Notes: generated from the letters alone by a model not told the origin. A stretch of 64,000 nucleotides of DNA from Phoronis australis (GCA_002633005.1 NMRA01000112.1:823063-887062); one strand, 5' to 3'; counted from the first letter of the stretch, positions 1 to 15,080 are shown. Made by a program: numbers and translations.

Positions 1-519
1 GCCCGGCAATGCTCAGTTGAATGTGGACTAAACGCCTACTAGAAGAGGAAGTTATTTATTAGAGTGGTACTTATTGAATTGCATAGAATTCTTGTTTACG
101 TTATTTCTTCAGTGTTATTGTGGAAATTCCTTTTCTAACCGTGTACATTTCGCTTACTATTTTCCGTGTCTCGCTCAATAGTTCTTTAAATGTTTCCGTG
201 TGACTTGGATTAATGGCAATTTAGTAAGCGAGTGGTAACACACGAATTGTGGGTATACGTTAAGCGTATCTACTGTAATGAAATAAAACATATTCTGTAA
301 ATTTATCTAAATTTGAGAGCACTGAAATACTGAAAAAATAACACAAGTTCATAGCAAATGTAGCACTGGAATCATTAACACTTACATGTACATGTACAAT
401 TGAATTCTCCTGGCTGTTGTCAATGCTTAAGATGATACAAATCTGCTTAAGTCACAAACTGCAATTATTACTAAGATGGAAAAATATCAAAAAGTACTTC
501 TTGGTGTTATCTGTCTATT

Positions 520-625
520 TATCTCTCTCTTTACCTCCCTTCCCTCCCCCTTCCTCCCTCCCTCCCTCCCTTTCCTCTNCCTCTCGCCTCCTCCTCCCAT
601 CTCTATCTCTTTCTCCCCCCTCACT
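520..625 (+). repeat. CT-rich simple repeat with an N at 579
   Basis: Polypyrimidine (CCCT/CT)n. Confidence 0.9.
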
Positions 626-1817
626 CACGTCTCTTCGCCTCTTTCAATTTATTGTCACGAAACACGTGTCCACTGGAAAGGTAGATGAGAGGGAAAATCA
701 AAAGAAACCATAAAGTTGCAAAATCTGTTTGCTCATGAAATTCATACTTTCTTGTTGTGTGTACTCTAATAATGGAGTCCCCCTTAACCGATCCTCGTGT
801 CAGATTGGTCCTCAAGTGTGTCCCTCCCTTAAACTTTAATCCAGCCGCAGCTACTGATTGTAATTTACGATAATACTCACAGGGGAAGTAAATATTGAAT
901 CTCTGTCGTACAGGCGTCGGTAAACAATTTAAATCTGTCGGTCTTGTGTAGTTAGTTTTAGCTGGGAGTTAACTCGCGTGAAGACAATCTCCTACGTGTT
1001 TAGGGAATTGAAGTACCACTACCACATTGCAACTAAAAATTACCAAACTGAAACTTTTGTTTAAGCATTCATCCTTATTAAAATTTTCTTGTGCTTTGGT
1101 AATCTCATTGTTCACCTCTGAACTGAATAAATAAATGACTAAATAAAATTGCATGGAACAGTTGCAAGAACAAGTTATAACTTTGGAAATCAGCCCACAG
1201 CAAACGGGCAATGTTTTGTAAAAATGGTTGGTTCTGACCACCTTTAACATATCCGAAGGTTTCTTGCAGGTAATGTTCACGTGCATCGCATCATGGCGGG
1301 AAAACGATAATATCGGCTGCTAATCATACTTCTAGAAACCGTAATTGGACGTACGCGAAAGAATGAATATTTAACCATATGTTGGCATTACCCTTCCATT
1401 GATCTCGACCTATAAACTCAACAATTGCCTGAGCTTAGTTGAAATCATCGTTTACAAAAGGACAGCAGTCGCTAGATTTAACAATTATGGAAAATTAGAA
1501 AGGGATTCTCAATGATTACAGGCCTTCTGTAATGATTACAGGACTGCACGATATGGCAATTTAGTCGGGATCTTCATGCAATCTCATGAGTGTCTATTCG
1601 TTCATTAGATTATGTGCTTAGCTTGATTTAAACCGAAGTAAAAGACGAACATTGTCTAGAATATAAACGGAAATCTAATCACAAGGGTATTCACCGGATT
1701 CTACAGAAATCGATTGCTGAATTACTTTGGACTCCGACAATGCTGGTAACCGGCAGGAGGAGGAGCTCTAACGAAGAGTATTGTGGTGCAGTGACAGTCG
1801 AGGTACTCACAAATTAC

Positions 1818-1839
1818 CTTTTTGGTGAAGACTGCCCTA
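1818..1839 (-). CDS. Candidate micro-exon of the same minus-strand gene, (G)RAVFTKK
   Basis: Tandem acceptor ttttaaAG|TAG|; donors AAG|GTAATT (1817) and GTGAGT (1810); stays open from the incoming phase 2. Confidence 0.3.
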
Positions 1840-2376
1840 CTTTAAAACGCAAAGATAAGTAAGGAAACAAGCCATAAATAATAAACGAACCCCCGTCCTT
1901 TTCTTGTCCGAACTCTAATCAAGTTAGAGTGCCACAACTATTGATAAATTCTTTCGAACTAATGTAGTTACGGAATTTGGCACGTTAAATCCTTGTGCTG
2001 ACAAGATGAAGGGACATCTTGCAGTAAACTAACCAACCCTTTAATTTGCAGTTTTTGTGCGCACAGCTTATACATGTAGTTTGTTTGGTGCACGGCGAAC
2101 TAGACAACATTGCCCCGTTCTAATTAATATTCTAAGCCACCTACAGTTCTACTGAAAGTCGTTTTCAAGCAGGCTTATTTAATCTCCTGGTATTGTAATA
2201 TATATAATTGAATCTGCATCACACATAACTTGGTTGTTCATTAATGCGAGAAAGTTTAAATACACAGATAACCATGTACTACAGCAGCATATTTTATTTT
2301 ATAACAAGCTGGGCCAAAACAAAGACAAAATACACTGAATCTGTAATCATTCTACACTTTCCTGTGTTGCACTTAC

Positions 2377-2466
2377 CCGTTTTCCGGTAGAGCGGCGATT
2401 ATAGTCACCAACGCCATCACATAGACGCCCATAGCAGCCTCCCCGAGGCGGTTTCGTTTTTCCGCT
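2377..2466 (-). CDS. Candidate signal-peptide exon of a divergently transcribed, unidentified gene
   Basis: On the minus strand: acceptor ttttttacag, 90-nt open frame AEKRNRLGEAAMGVYVMALVTIIAALPENG, donor GG|GTAAGT (phase 2). An in-frame ATG AG|GTATTC mini-exon lies at 2561-2557, with CpG-rich sequence upstream (2600-3010). Confidence 0.55.
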
Positions 2467-5400
2467 CTGTAAAAAACGTTCGAGAGCATCTTTGCCGACG
2501 TGTATTCTGATTCAAATCAACCAGACACCAAAGTTCAAGGGAACCTCAATGAATACCTCATAAGAATATAAATCAACTTGGAGTCATCGTTTACTGGTCA
2601 TGTAGGACAGTCTCACACGCGCGCCATGGTGAATGCAGTCCCGCAGTTGCGCTATTATGATGACCCTTGAGTACCATTCGTCGACGAATGAGATTGTCCA
2701 TAGGTTACGTAGTAACATATGTATCACTCTGATCGTATTGGCTCACGGTTAGCATTTGTGTTGACTTGCTTTCATTTTTCGCGGAGGTCGATATTACTTT
2801 AAAGTTTGGTGGCTCTCATAAAAGACCATGATTTCTTAATTCATCGATTTCGATATCTTTCTTTGAAGAAATCGCCACCAACATCATTTGGAGTCTTTTG
2901 TACTAAATGAAGCAAAATAATAGGCCTGGGAGTTTTGAACAAAATTGCTCTTAGTGGTTTATTCGACATTGGCGTTTCTGCTTTGCGCAGTAAGTGAAAG
3001 ACCGGAAGCTAAGTCAGACATTTTTTCAGAAGGATTCCAGATATCCGAAGAAGCAGATACCTAGGCTTATGTTGAATGTTAGCGAATGCAGTATGAATGG
3101 ACCAGTCTGAAGCACACACACACCTTTACCTACTGTACACCTTATATAATCTTTGTTCAGCTAACGTCACTTGGGGATAAGTTCAAGTCGTTTAGGAGCT
3201 AAGTCATTTTGTAGACTATCATTGCCAGGTACTTTTATAACCCTTGTACGAACATATCTTTTGAAAGAAATTGAGATAATCATCATCAAAATTCTTACAT
3301 ACATGTGTTCGATAGGATTTTCCTGACACTGTGATGTTTATCTTATCAATTTTGTTTCACGGTCAAAGAACATGGTTTTAAAAGAACGACTGGACAAAAA
3401 TAAAAATGCCATATGAACGATTACGTAATGAGTCACTGTTTCAAAATGATGTTTAGTGTTCAAACCATTCCCATGTTCAGCCTCAAGTTGGACATCAGGA
3501 CGATAACATTCACAAACATGTCTCGACGTATCGCTTGTCATAATATCAATCATCTTCATTATCATAATACCTGTACCATATTAACTGCCTTTATTACTAA
3601 ATCTATTTTTGGTGGTGGTGTGTTCGTTGTCATATTAGTATTCTTATCAGTAAGATAATTCTCAATTGTGTTATTGAATTGCACAAATATTGTCATTTTC
3701 TTAAAACGGTCATTAATTCGATTTCCGACATAAGTTACAACCATTGATGAAGACCATTTATCGTTGTACCCAGTCAAAATAGATGTTGTTTCTTGGCTTA
3801 GAAAGCACTGAAAGTACATTAGTGTTGAGACCAAGCTTTATGTCATCAAAAAACCTTTTCATCTGAGAACGGAACGAATATAGACCAATTTTACAGTGGT
3901 GAATAATTTATATGAAAAGTTATCTTCGCGCATGGAGCACGCATTTATAATCGTTTTGAGTGTCAATAATTCTATGATTCTGTTCCTAATTATGTTTTAT
4001 TAAAATTTTTGACAAAATAGTAAGTCAATTTATTACTATTAATATCATCACCGTAATTATAACAATAATGCAACCATACTTAATGCAATAATAAGTACAT
4101 GTAGTGTTATTGAAATTCATCACTATCATTATCATTTTTATTATTGGTGTAGAAATATTAAACATGAAAATAGGAAAATCGCTTTTGTCTGTATACAATG
4201 GACGTTGAAGAGCAAAAGTCTTATGTGCGTGTTCTTACCTTATTTAAGGCTCTGTTTCATGGAGTATATCCGTTAAGGCAAGTCAATTTTCCTACATCTC
4301 TATTGTCTTTAAATAAGGTCATAGATAATTTGATAACACATAATTGAACTGCACATCATTTAATAAAGACAATTTATTACCAGTAGTATCTCAGTGGAAA
4401 TGAAATTAAATTCCGTCAACTTAATACATTAAGAAGTTCTGTGACGGGCAGATGCTGAAGAAGTGGGCAGATAATTCCGCATCTCTACCGAATTTAGCTG
4501 GAAATACATAGAGCAGCCTCCAATCATTTTACAAATAATTTTAAAGGACAGTGATTTGATCTACTGCGGTTCCCGTCCTGTAACGCAAGATACTAGCGAG
4601 TCAAAGTTGCGTTAGTACGAGCACCCGCTTTGTTGGCATGGCATGGTTATATCTCATCGAAGATTAACGTGGTCTCACAAGAAACTACTGTAGCAGCATT
4701 GGGTAAAGTGGTATCACGTGACCAGGCGAGAAACCATCAGAGGCCTAGAATTTGGTGTTTTGGCAGGAAAATGAATATAAGTTCTTGTAATTTGTTCTTG
4801 GCGTTGCCTTGTGATACAGGCCTACACTGGTTGATGTAAAATCGACAGTGGTTTCCACGTGAACTTGTTAGTCCACGCATGTCAGAGATATGAAAATTTA
4901 AAACTTGTGTGTATGGATTGCAAGAAATATCTTACCGGTGGAGAAACTGTTGTTAAAGGAAGTTTAATCAAACTTTAAAGCAACACTGACGTAATCATAG
5001 TAGTTTAAACTCCTTGCCTCTACTCTGAACGTTCACCACTGGCTTCACTGCAAGCCGTGTTTAAATGAACAGTCGGTGAAATTTCTACTTTTTACAAACA
5101 ATAAACGTCTCGGCCACTTTTGATTTGAAGATATTTGGAACATAATTCGTATCTAGGAAACTGACTTTTTAACCAGCCTCATCATTCTTACTTTGAATTA
5201 CCACCACCATCATCAAATATTGATGAGAAAATTCATAAAAAAACACAGACCTGTACAACTGACGCCAGTTGATTAGAAAGCGTGAAATCATCTGTCAATA
5301 AAGAAACTGAAGTCAGAAAATCTCAGAATATCTCGAGAACGGTAATTCATACCGGCAGCGTAAATTGACAACCCATTTCGTACGGAGAACAGAGGCTCGG

Positions 5401-7759
5401 CTCTGTGAAAAGAAATTGGAAAAATTTCATTTCTTTTCGACAAAGCAACATGCATACAGCGTAGGAAGTTCATTTCGCCAAGTAACAGGCTGCGTGAGTC
5501 TCATGAAATATAAGTGATATATGGCAACATAATTGTGTTATTCAAAGTTCTTATGACATGCGAGATGAGACAAAAATGATCAATCAGCATTTACCAAAAT
5601 ACTGGAGTTTTAACTCGTACCCCACACTTCTTCTCAACAGGAATGTTCCAATATTTCTATAGGATACCGTACATACGGTTATCACATCAATATAATGAAA
5701 ATATTTGATTTTGTTCAGCTATTCCTACAAATAGTGTTATTCACGATGACATTATTTTTAAAGATGCCTTGGTAACCAATTGTTTCTAAAGAACACCACA
5801 GGAATGTGGAGCTTGATAGGCTGATGCGCGTATTTCCTTTACATTAGCCTTGCTCACGTCTACAAATAAATGTAACGTACCCGCTCTACTAGTCGTATCA
5901 AAATTTTTCAAAAATTATTACGTTGATAAAATAAAGGCCAATTATGTGTGCTATTATGATTAGAATTATTGGGGAAAACTTAAGAAATGCTAAATGAAGG
6001 GTCAGTTTTCCTTCCTGTCGTGACCATTCATCGTGTGCTTCAGATTTCAATCTGAAATGTTGTTTCTAACTGCACAGATCACAACCAATGTAATTGTGGT
6101 TGCACTGCTCGCGGACAAAACATTCTATATATTTCATTTATGTAAAAATATGTGCGAACTGAATATTAACACAAACCATTTTTTTTAAATTTATTCGTCA
6201 GTTATGCACTTTCAGCATGTCATCATTTTTAAATAAACAGAACTTAAAAGGTATAAAAATTGTAGTTTTACGGCCGAAAAACGAAATTTAGGATTGTTTT
6301 CAAACAGCCTGCTAATTGGCGTTAACCAGAGCTATAAAACAACAAAGTCCAGTGCGTTTTTAATAAAAAGTGCCAATTCTCGCCGATGTCTGTCAGGCTA
6401 CCGCTGAAATCAAGGGTGATAACTTTATTAGTTAAATACAGGTGTACGCTCAAAAATACTTAGTCATTTACAGAATGGTGTTTAGCTCAGCGTTTGACTG
6501 CTGCGACGGAAGTTGCTCTTTCAAGTCAGTGATGAAGCCGATCTCAGAGAATCACCTTTTTCTCCTATAAGGTTTCACATGAATACAAGCAGCACTCAAA
6601 CCTCAACAATTTGATTGTTTTCCGAGACCGCAATATGCAAACACGCTGTCATGTCGGTGAGTTTGAGGCTCAGATGTATGGCCAACAACTGTAGTAACTT
6701 GGCCTAAGATATTTCAACGTCACTTGCAAGAAGTGTAGTGTATCCTTGAGTTCCTTCCTACGGTACCCGTGGAAGACATGTCATCTACATCTACCGACAG
6801 TACCAGTGATGGGTTTCTCAGTCTGTGATTGGTTACCGCTATTATTTACCGCGCCATCTACTGCTCAGTATACGTCACAGTTTCCTACATAGCACATTCG
6901 TATTTCACAGAAGACATACAATCTAAAATGTGACAGGTTTTAAGCAATTAAATAGAAATACTTGATTAGCTATACAAGAAGGTAAATTGCCAGACGAAAG
7001 TTCACATACAATGTTCTCCAGCGCCCATTTAAGGATTTTTTTTGTACAAACTCGAAGCTTTAAAACGTATTTTTAATGAAATGAACGGGTGTAGCGCCAG
7101 AGACTATTATCAAGAAGCCAGTGGTTATCTACAGGGCCACAGAGTTTGACGGGGTCACCTAAACAGTTCAATTGGTTCCAAAATACTCTTTTGCGTGCAA
7201 TAAAACGAACCATGGTCTTTGATGCGGGATATACAATTAAACCTGCCCAGACACTAAAATCTGAAACGCTGCCAATCGAATGGCACTATTTCGATGTAAT
7301 TTATATCTTCCGGAAAACTCGTAATCCCTTGTATATTTTCAATTCAAATCAATTTAAAACAACCAAAAATTATAATAAACACGCATAAGCAACTTCAAAC
7401 GTTCCCACTTATTTTGGAATTCAAAACACAAAGTGTTGCAGTGGGCTAGTAACCATTGCCAATATTTTCCTTATCAATATTTTGAAGCGGTATTGATTTT
7501 ATGATTTGAAAACAACCATTGCTTTGTAATGAGTGCAACTCATGAAGTTGGCCAATGGGAATTGGTTACAACGTGTTTGCGGCTAACAGCAACTAACAAC
7601 CTGTTTCTATGCTTGAATGCTAGGCATTTCTACTGCAGGATTCCCATTAAACAAAATGGCTTTTTCGGGTACATAAAGTGGTTACTGCAGAAAAAAATAA
7701 AACCCATTAAACCCACGTGGTACATGTATTCTATCAAGAATACGATAAAAGGCCTTGGC

Positions 7760-8085
7760 CTGGGATCAAACCTTTTTACTTGAAATCGAACTGGGAATAA
7801 TTCTTGTCTTTCCATTCTACTTTGAACGAAGTCAAGATAAATACTTGAGGTTCAGTAATTAAAGGTTTGCGTGGATGACATTTTATCCCTATCATGCACT
7901 TGACGACTCCAGCATTACATGTAAGGCTGAAAGTTCGAGTCTGAACTCGAAATTTCGAGTTTTTACGAATATTGGGTCATCAAGTGCAAACTAGGACTGG
8001 AAACTCATTCGCATAAACCACAATGTTTATCTTCAGTTTGCACAAAAGTAGAACAGAAAATGACAAAATATTTTCGAGTGTACAG
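7760..8085. mobile_element. Second, diverged copy of the palindromic MITE
   Basis: AAGTTCGAGTCTGAACTCGAAATTTCGAGTTTTTAC matches the reverse complement of 37612-37647; flanking arms also align. Confidence 0.65.
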
Positions 8086-11000
8086 TATAACCACCTGTCT
8101 TTCAATACAATAGCATCGATTTGTAGGCCAATGGTCACGCAGTGGAATATGGTGCTTTGCTTCTTAGTCTGTGTTTTGAGAAAGAGTCACTTGGTTCATT
8201 TCACAGCGTGTTGCTTACAATGCAAGAGTACACGAGTGCCTGATATTTTACTATTATGTAATTCACAACTAGATTTTATCACAGCCTTTATCGACTGAAA
8301 CTCAGCCAAACTGAACTGTACACAACTCTCTAAAATGGTGTCGTGAAAGCCGATGACAGATCACTGCTAAACCTGCATTGAGAGTTAAGAAGATTTTGTC
8401 GCCTTTAGTGGGGATCGGCCTGACAGCATCTACCCCCTACTGCGATTAATATCCGTTCTCCAAATCCGGACGCAGCGATTAGTTTACAGCTGAAAGAATT
8501 TTTACTCAGAAAAAATCAAAGGGTTATACGTCGTATACCTGATCATTTTTATTAGCAAAAAAGTGTTATTTCTGGGTACTTTGCGTGTGTAACCTCGATT
8601 TTTTAATAGATTATAAAAAAGAAAGGTAAATAGATAGTGAAGTTTCAAATGTACCCAGGTTAGAAGTAATCTCTAAGTTTGCAAACAACTCGCAGTTCAT
8701 TTTTACTCTGATACCATGCTCGGAGCATACATTGGCCAACTATTACGGCCATCTTGTAAAGCTTGGTCTCAAGTACATGTAACAACGAACCGTCCGTTCT
8801 TTCAAAAACCTGAAATCATCTCCAATTTGAGCAGTGAGGACGTAGAGACCAATTTCACAGCAGTAAATGAATTGGTCAAAATCAAAAATCGCTCTTTTGT
8901 TCGAGGAAGGCGCGTATGATGCCGTTTAAATACGTTGGTATGGCCTTAAAAATCGTGATTCTTCCAGGTTTTGGCCTTAAAATATAATAGGATTCTTCAA
9001 GAGTTCGCCTTTTTTCTGTCACGTATACGCCACATACATGTAGGTGAAAAGCATTATCCAGTCACAAAGTGGATCCAGTCGTTCGAGGTGTGGCCTCTGT
9101 GTCCCATCTACAGCCGTCAAACAAAAGGGCCCACTCCAAGCGATAGATTTTGAAATACGTTTTCAAACCTGCTTTTGAGAGTTGTCAAAGGTTACGGCCC
9201 ACAAAGTTGCTTCAGGGTTATTTGATACTTCTATTACGGTTTATATCGATCAAAGAGTTTGTCATATTTTATACCTAACATCGTATTAGTGAGATAAGGC
9301 TACATACATATATGAAAATATGAAATCTAAAATTCCATTGTTCCCAAATTCTGATTTTACTACTGTTGCTCTTAAAGAACGAGTCCTAATATAGAAAAAG
9401 GAAGTTCAAAAGCCACCCACTGGCCAATTTCAGCTTCCTACAACCACTTAATATACTGCTTCTAAAACCCTTAACGGATGATCTTTTGTCAAACCAGATT
9501 GAAGTTTTCAAGGCCAATACGAGAGCATACATGACAAGTAAGATCATTGAAGCTATATTTGTGTTTACTTTAAAAGTATTCGAGAGGTGTGTCTGCATTT
9601 TCCAATGCGATTATTTAAAGAGCTAATGACACTACTTACCTGCCGATGTGCGAGATATCTAGAACTGCTGGGATCGGCTAACCTGTATTACGCGGTTTGC
9701 GTGAATCTCTTCTCATTTCAGTATTACCGGTGCCCATGTTTCTGTCCTCGGGGAATGGTGTGTTCAGAGTATTGTCTTAACATTACGTACTGGCGTATAG
9801 CATTAGAATTATTCATGAACCAGCACGCATTGATAGTCACTAGTGTGCGAACACCTCTGAATATTTTTTGTTTGCTACCAACTAATCAGACCAATTTCCT
9901 TAATGTGAAAGAGTATGAAATAATTTGAACAAAGGAAACTGGCAGGAAGTTACAGCTCCTGTTTTCAGGTTGTGACGATTTCAAAAAAAAACATTTGTAT
10001 TGAAATCGATATTTCATCCTTCAGTCAGTTTGGTGAAGGTTGGATTCATTTTAAACATGTCATTTAAAAGACTTCACGCAACAAGTGGACGGTTGCCACT
10101 GTGCTACATTGACTTCTCGTGAAGTGCGAGTGAAGTGTACTTTAAATACAGGTTCCATGCCATGGAAACTTTGGTATGGAAATTTTCATTCATGACCTTG
10201 ATATCTACATGTGACATACCAGTAAGTATGGTCGACTCCAATGTTCTACCCATTCAACAGCTTAAATGACATAAGACGATCAAACATTGTTCTCGGCTCA
10301 ATACAGGAAATGACCTAGTGCTCTAAGCTCCGTCGTTTGTGGGTGGCCGACTAAATACGTTTTGTCGAAAAGCATGTTGTTAGTCAATTTATCTGACTCA
10401 TGCGAGTCTGTTTCGGATCAACGTTTTTTCTTTCGTTAGAAAACATCTTTTTCAACGTGTGCCATTAGGTTTACCGTGAAGAAATAGTATAAACCAAAAT
10501 CTATAATTGATTTAACTTCTCTCACATATACGGTGTACATGTATGCGTCATGTGTATCATACTTTCCGTTTAAATGGTAACAAATGTATTGAAAAGAAGA
10601 CTTCTTTGTCGTGGTATGTCTGCCTGATACATTCTCGTAAGAAGCAAGATTTGTGTCAAATACGTTATTTACTAACAAACCTACATCTACTGTGTAAAGT
10701 TTGTCGGCTACACGTTACCCTCAGGTCTGTAGATCCGCAGCTCAATTTCCCACCCCGAGCCATTTCCTTGTGCTCCCACTTTTTGTACAGTGGTAGATGT
10801 TACAACTATTTGCCAGCAATGACGACACGCCTGTCCCATTTACATACATGCCTTTTACGTCTTTTTACTACATTTTTATTTTTTACCTGTAACGGCATTT
10901 TCCTTTGAATACTTGTACTGAATACACATCAGAGTAAACCACTTTGTAATTTTGTAAGTCAAGCTTCACTTGCGGTTTATTTAAATGAGTGTCTACTTAC

Positions 11001-12001
11001 CCTTTTCTCAAGTATTTCGAATATGAGATACATGAGAATAGTTCTGGGTTTTAGCGTGTGAGCGCAAAACATGCTCACTTGACCAACGGCTGTACCGCGA
11101 ACAGGTCACGTGGCATGCGACAGCTATTACCCCCGTCAGATAGCGCCGAATCATTATACATCTTATGACTGTATTCAGTTCATGAGTTGCTCGGGGATTC
11201 ATGATACGACAACAATTCGAAATACTTCAAAATCAAATCATGTCTCCAAAGTGGCCATATATTCTATTTCTCAGCTGTAACGTTAATTGCGAACTGTGAA
11301 ATAGCTTGTGCATATTAAAATATTTAATCTTTGCAGACATGTGTGAGTGCGCATTTTTATTCGACGGTAATTTCTCAGTTGTTTTTGACGTTTTTTCTCG
11401 GAGCTAAATGACCTTCAATGAAACAATATTTGGCATGTTATGTGAATCAAATGATTTGTTAAAAGCTCTTCTGAGTCCAACTGTGGCAATTTATTGTGGA
11501 CTTTACCGAGCTGGCGAATGACAAATGTGATTGGTTGGGAAAATCATGCCTCCAAAATCTAGGAAACGTGCAACGTTCAAGTTGAATACAGAATTGGCAT
11601 CTACGATGAATGAATATCGCCCTAATCCACAATACTCTTTGGAAATCGCTAAAAGTCTCACTTTCATAAACAAAAACTTTCTGAAGGCGGTTTGTTTTAA
11701 CAAGAACGAATCACGTGTCTATTACGCGCCCTGCGCCCTGTGGTATTGGTGATGCCGAGTGGCTATCCTTAGACTCATTGGCCCAAATCCACCCATAACG
11801 GTAGAGGATTACAAAATAAGCGCATTTCAGGTATTTCTCTTGTTAAAGTTGCGTATTTTCGACAAATCATATACAGTGTAACAGTGTCAATGTATAAGAC
11901 GTAAGAAATTCAGTTTCTGCTTTCAATAGCAATCATGTTACAGGAGACTCACCGCCTCATTAATACGCATTCAGCGGAAGAATAATAAGACACCGGGAAG
12001 C

Positions 12002-12041
12002 ACTAAGATACTTAAATTAATACTAAGATACTTAAATTAAT
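12002..12041 (+). repeat. Perfect 20-bp tandem duplication ACTAAGATACTTAAATTAAT x2
   Basis: Direct inspection. Confidence 0.9.
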
Positions 12042-12499
12042 ATGAAAAGAAATTAAAATTGAAATAACATTTTCACGATGATGTGTTAGTGCGACTTTGA
12101 TGGCGACTGATGTCATAATCTTCACCTTTGGTGTCAGTGACTCCATCGTTATCGCCATCATCATAACTAAAATTTTTTTTCACGATATCGACATCTTCTT
12201 ATTTTCAATCATCGGAACCAATTATAAGAACTCTCAATCAATACATAAATTTGTCATTACTGTACCTATATCCATAATTACCCATCTCAATAGAGATGAT
12301 ATTAAAAAATTTAATTCATTTCTGTGCACTATGTGTAATCTCTTTCAATTTCTTAAATCTCGTCTGTCCAAAATTGACCAATGCCGGACACGGCACTATT
12401 AGAGCAAACTTAAAATATTGTAATCAAATCGTTTAACATGGTTGGCTATGTTTTGAGTCTGAGTCTCGGTCGAGTACGATTTGAGTTCGGAGGTTAAGC

Positions 12500-13750
12500 T
12501 CTTGGCCCTGTACTTATTTGGACGTTTCGCCGATTACTGCCGACTTGTTCAAGCTTCTACGACACCTGGTGGTATGTGTCGATCTTGAGGCAATCGGCTG
12601 CGAACAATACTCTGTCCCATGTATGCTGAAGGTTTAATCTCCGCATCCACTTATTCTGTTTAAGGATATATGTTTGATTCTTTCAAGAACACTCTTATTC
12701 GCATCACGTTCAAACATATTTTTTCCTCTCTGGGCTCAGTTCATCACCCAAATCAAAAGTGTGACACGACTCTTCACAAAGATGAACACAGCCAAGCATA
12801 CGTCTAAAAATCATGATTATTCCGTACCACATTGGACGAGTTATATTCTCCACTGATATCTCCATACATACCTAAGCACACGCCATGCAAACCGACTCCG
12901 TCATTTACTCAAGCTCATCCATTCACTGTGGAATCAGCTGTCACCATTGTACGGTTATTTCAGAAGAAATTTACTTTTGCTCTCAATACTCATGCTCCCC
13001 TCCCAGTTTATTTAATCTATAGGAAAACATGTTTTCTTAGACCGGTATCGATTACACCTTGGTGGTGAACTGGTTAAATTTTTGATGCTTTGATTACACT
13101 TGACCTGTCGGAACTATATTAAGGTTAATCCAGATTACACGCTGGAGTCAATACACAATTTTCACCTCACGCGATGCCGAGGCACTGGCAGACTGATGTT
13201 CATACGTAAGCCCATTCAATGGACGTGTTACTCATCATCTACTGCATTTCAATCAGAGAACGTTCATCTTGAGGTGGCAGGGTAGATTTCCGTAGACTCA
13301 AGAATCTCGATAAGGAAGCTTGTTATAGATGGCGAAATCTCGTGAAGTCTCGCGTGTTCTTGCGTTGTTTGTGAGATGCTCGTCTCTACGGAAAGCACGC
13401 CAGCTATCACGCTCACTTCAACATCACCTTCAAAACCAACAAAGCAAGCGTCCGTCAAATCAAACTTGAACACGTGTAAATCAAATCTCTCAACCTTGGA
13501 ACACATATCGTATCTCCATCCCTTACTGAAAATTTAAGACACAGGTAAAATAACAAGAGCGTCAAAATACCTACACTTTTGACTGCCTTTCGTCAACACT
13601 TTCAAGATAACGCCGCTTCCAGTCCACGTACTCAATTCGTGTTAATGATAGAGAAGAATACCTGCGAGACCAGTTTGTTAGCGTTAACGACTTGTTTCAG
13701 AAATTCCTTGTTTAGGCGAGAATAAGAAGGAAGAAACTGCCACTTCATTG
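12500..13750 (+). mobile_element. Highly degraded L2/CR1-type LINE ORF2 relic
   Basis: Peptides ALNTHAPL...RPVSITPWW (like LDKHAPL...PW) and RLVSEIPCLGE (like YRPVSNLPFLGK) occur in the expected order. Confidence 0.5.
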
Positions 13751-14634
13751 CGATGCTCGGCTATTTTACTTAAGCAAAATGTCGGGATGTAAACAGTAAC
13801 GCGTCGCTACCGACCAAAGTATACATGTATGAATAAAAATAGACTGTGCTCTTATATTAACATTTGGTAAGTCCAACCAATTCTCTGTTATTCAGCGGTG
13901 TAATTAAAGATACCGTATACAAGTGAGTATTCGCAGACTGTCTCACCTCACCGATTTTCAGCTTCAGGTGTTTTTTCTCGCATTTTGATTTTACATTACT
14001 TTTTGTCATAGTTGGCCTTGATTCCCAACACTCTGAAAAATGCTACAAAGGTGACGAGGACAGCTTCGTTCGGGTTTTAGTAAAATCGCTAGCACAAGCG
14101 GTAGTAACTGTTCTTTGGTAGATGTTAATATGGTTGCACAAACTGTCGTAACCCTTACACTGCAACAGCTTGTATCGACCTTGGTAGCAGAGATTGTCGT
14201 AATTAAGAAAACAACCTGCGTGACGTTGAGAGAAGGCGATTTTAAGCTGCATAAGCAAATGTAGTATCCAGCTTACAATATCGCTGACGGACGACAACAA
14301 AACAACGTTTTGCATCATTTATGTCAGTCTTCACTGTCAATTTTTATACGCTGTTTGTCAATTCCCAAGCCTTTATATTGAAACCATATCCGCAAACATC
14401 GCACTCATATAAGCCAACCCTTGGACTATTGTCTTTCGTCAAAAGTAACATCTTCATTCATCATCTGTAAATTGCTTACGATATCAAACCCTTAAATATT
14501 GTGGCTGGCAGGGGTATATCCGTGTTGTTGCATCTGTCGCACGAGTTTCCCACTCTCCGATCGTCGGCCATTTGCTTGGGAGCAGAACCATCCTTCAGCC
14601 AATAATTCTGCAACCCTTTACAGAACATAAATGC

Positions 14635-15080
14635 GTCATTACGATCATATTGCCACCACTACTACCACCAGCATCATTATCACCATCAGCATAATCATCG
14701 TTATCATAGCCATCACTCTCACCACTACCAAGACTATCAGTGTCAGCATCACCACCCCCCCACCACCACCATCACCCCCACCATCACCATCACCATCACC
14801 ATCATCAAAACCGATACCATCATAATCATGACCATTGTCACCATCATCTCCATCATCGTCATCACTAAAGCCACCATAATCATCACACCACCTCCAACAA
14901 CAATATTATCATCGCCATCGCCATCTTTCTAAAACGATTATGACTATCACAAAAACCATAACTATCATCACCACCCGCTATCACCGTCACCATTATCACC
15001 ATAATCACCGACTTTACCACAATAACCAACACCACTGTCACTTTCACCGCCATCTGAGCTCCTGTCATCCCCACCATGGT
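14635..15080 (+). repeat. Degenerate (CAT/CAC)n trinucleotide tract
   Basis: Direct inspection. Confidence 0.9.

Noticed and set aside
881-961. 81-nt open minus-strand segment (KTNYTRPTDLNCLPTPVRQRFNIYFP) with cag/GTGAGT borders as the next exon of the divergent gene
   Set aside because: Phase-compatible with the 1810 donor, but the acceptor is weak and the peptide matches no family I recognise.
1330-1380. Minus-strand YSFFRVRP resembling the LGIC YDxRxRP motif
   Set aside because: Wrong spacing, an in-frame stop just upstream, and no acceptor.
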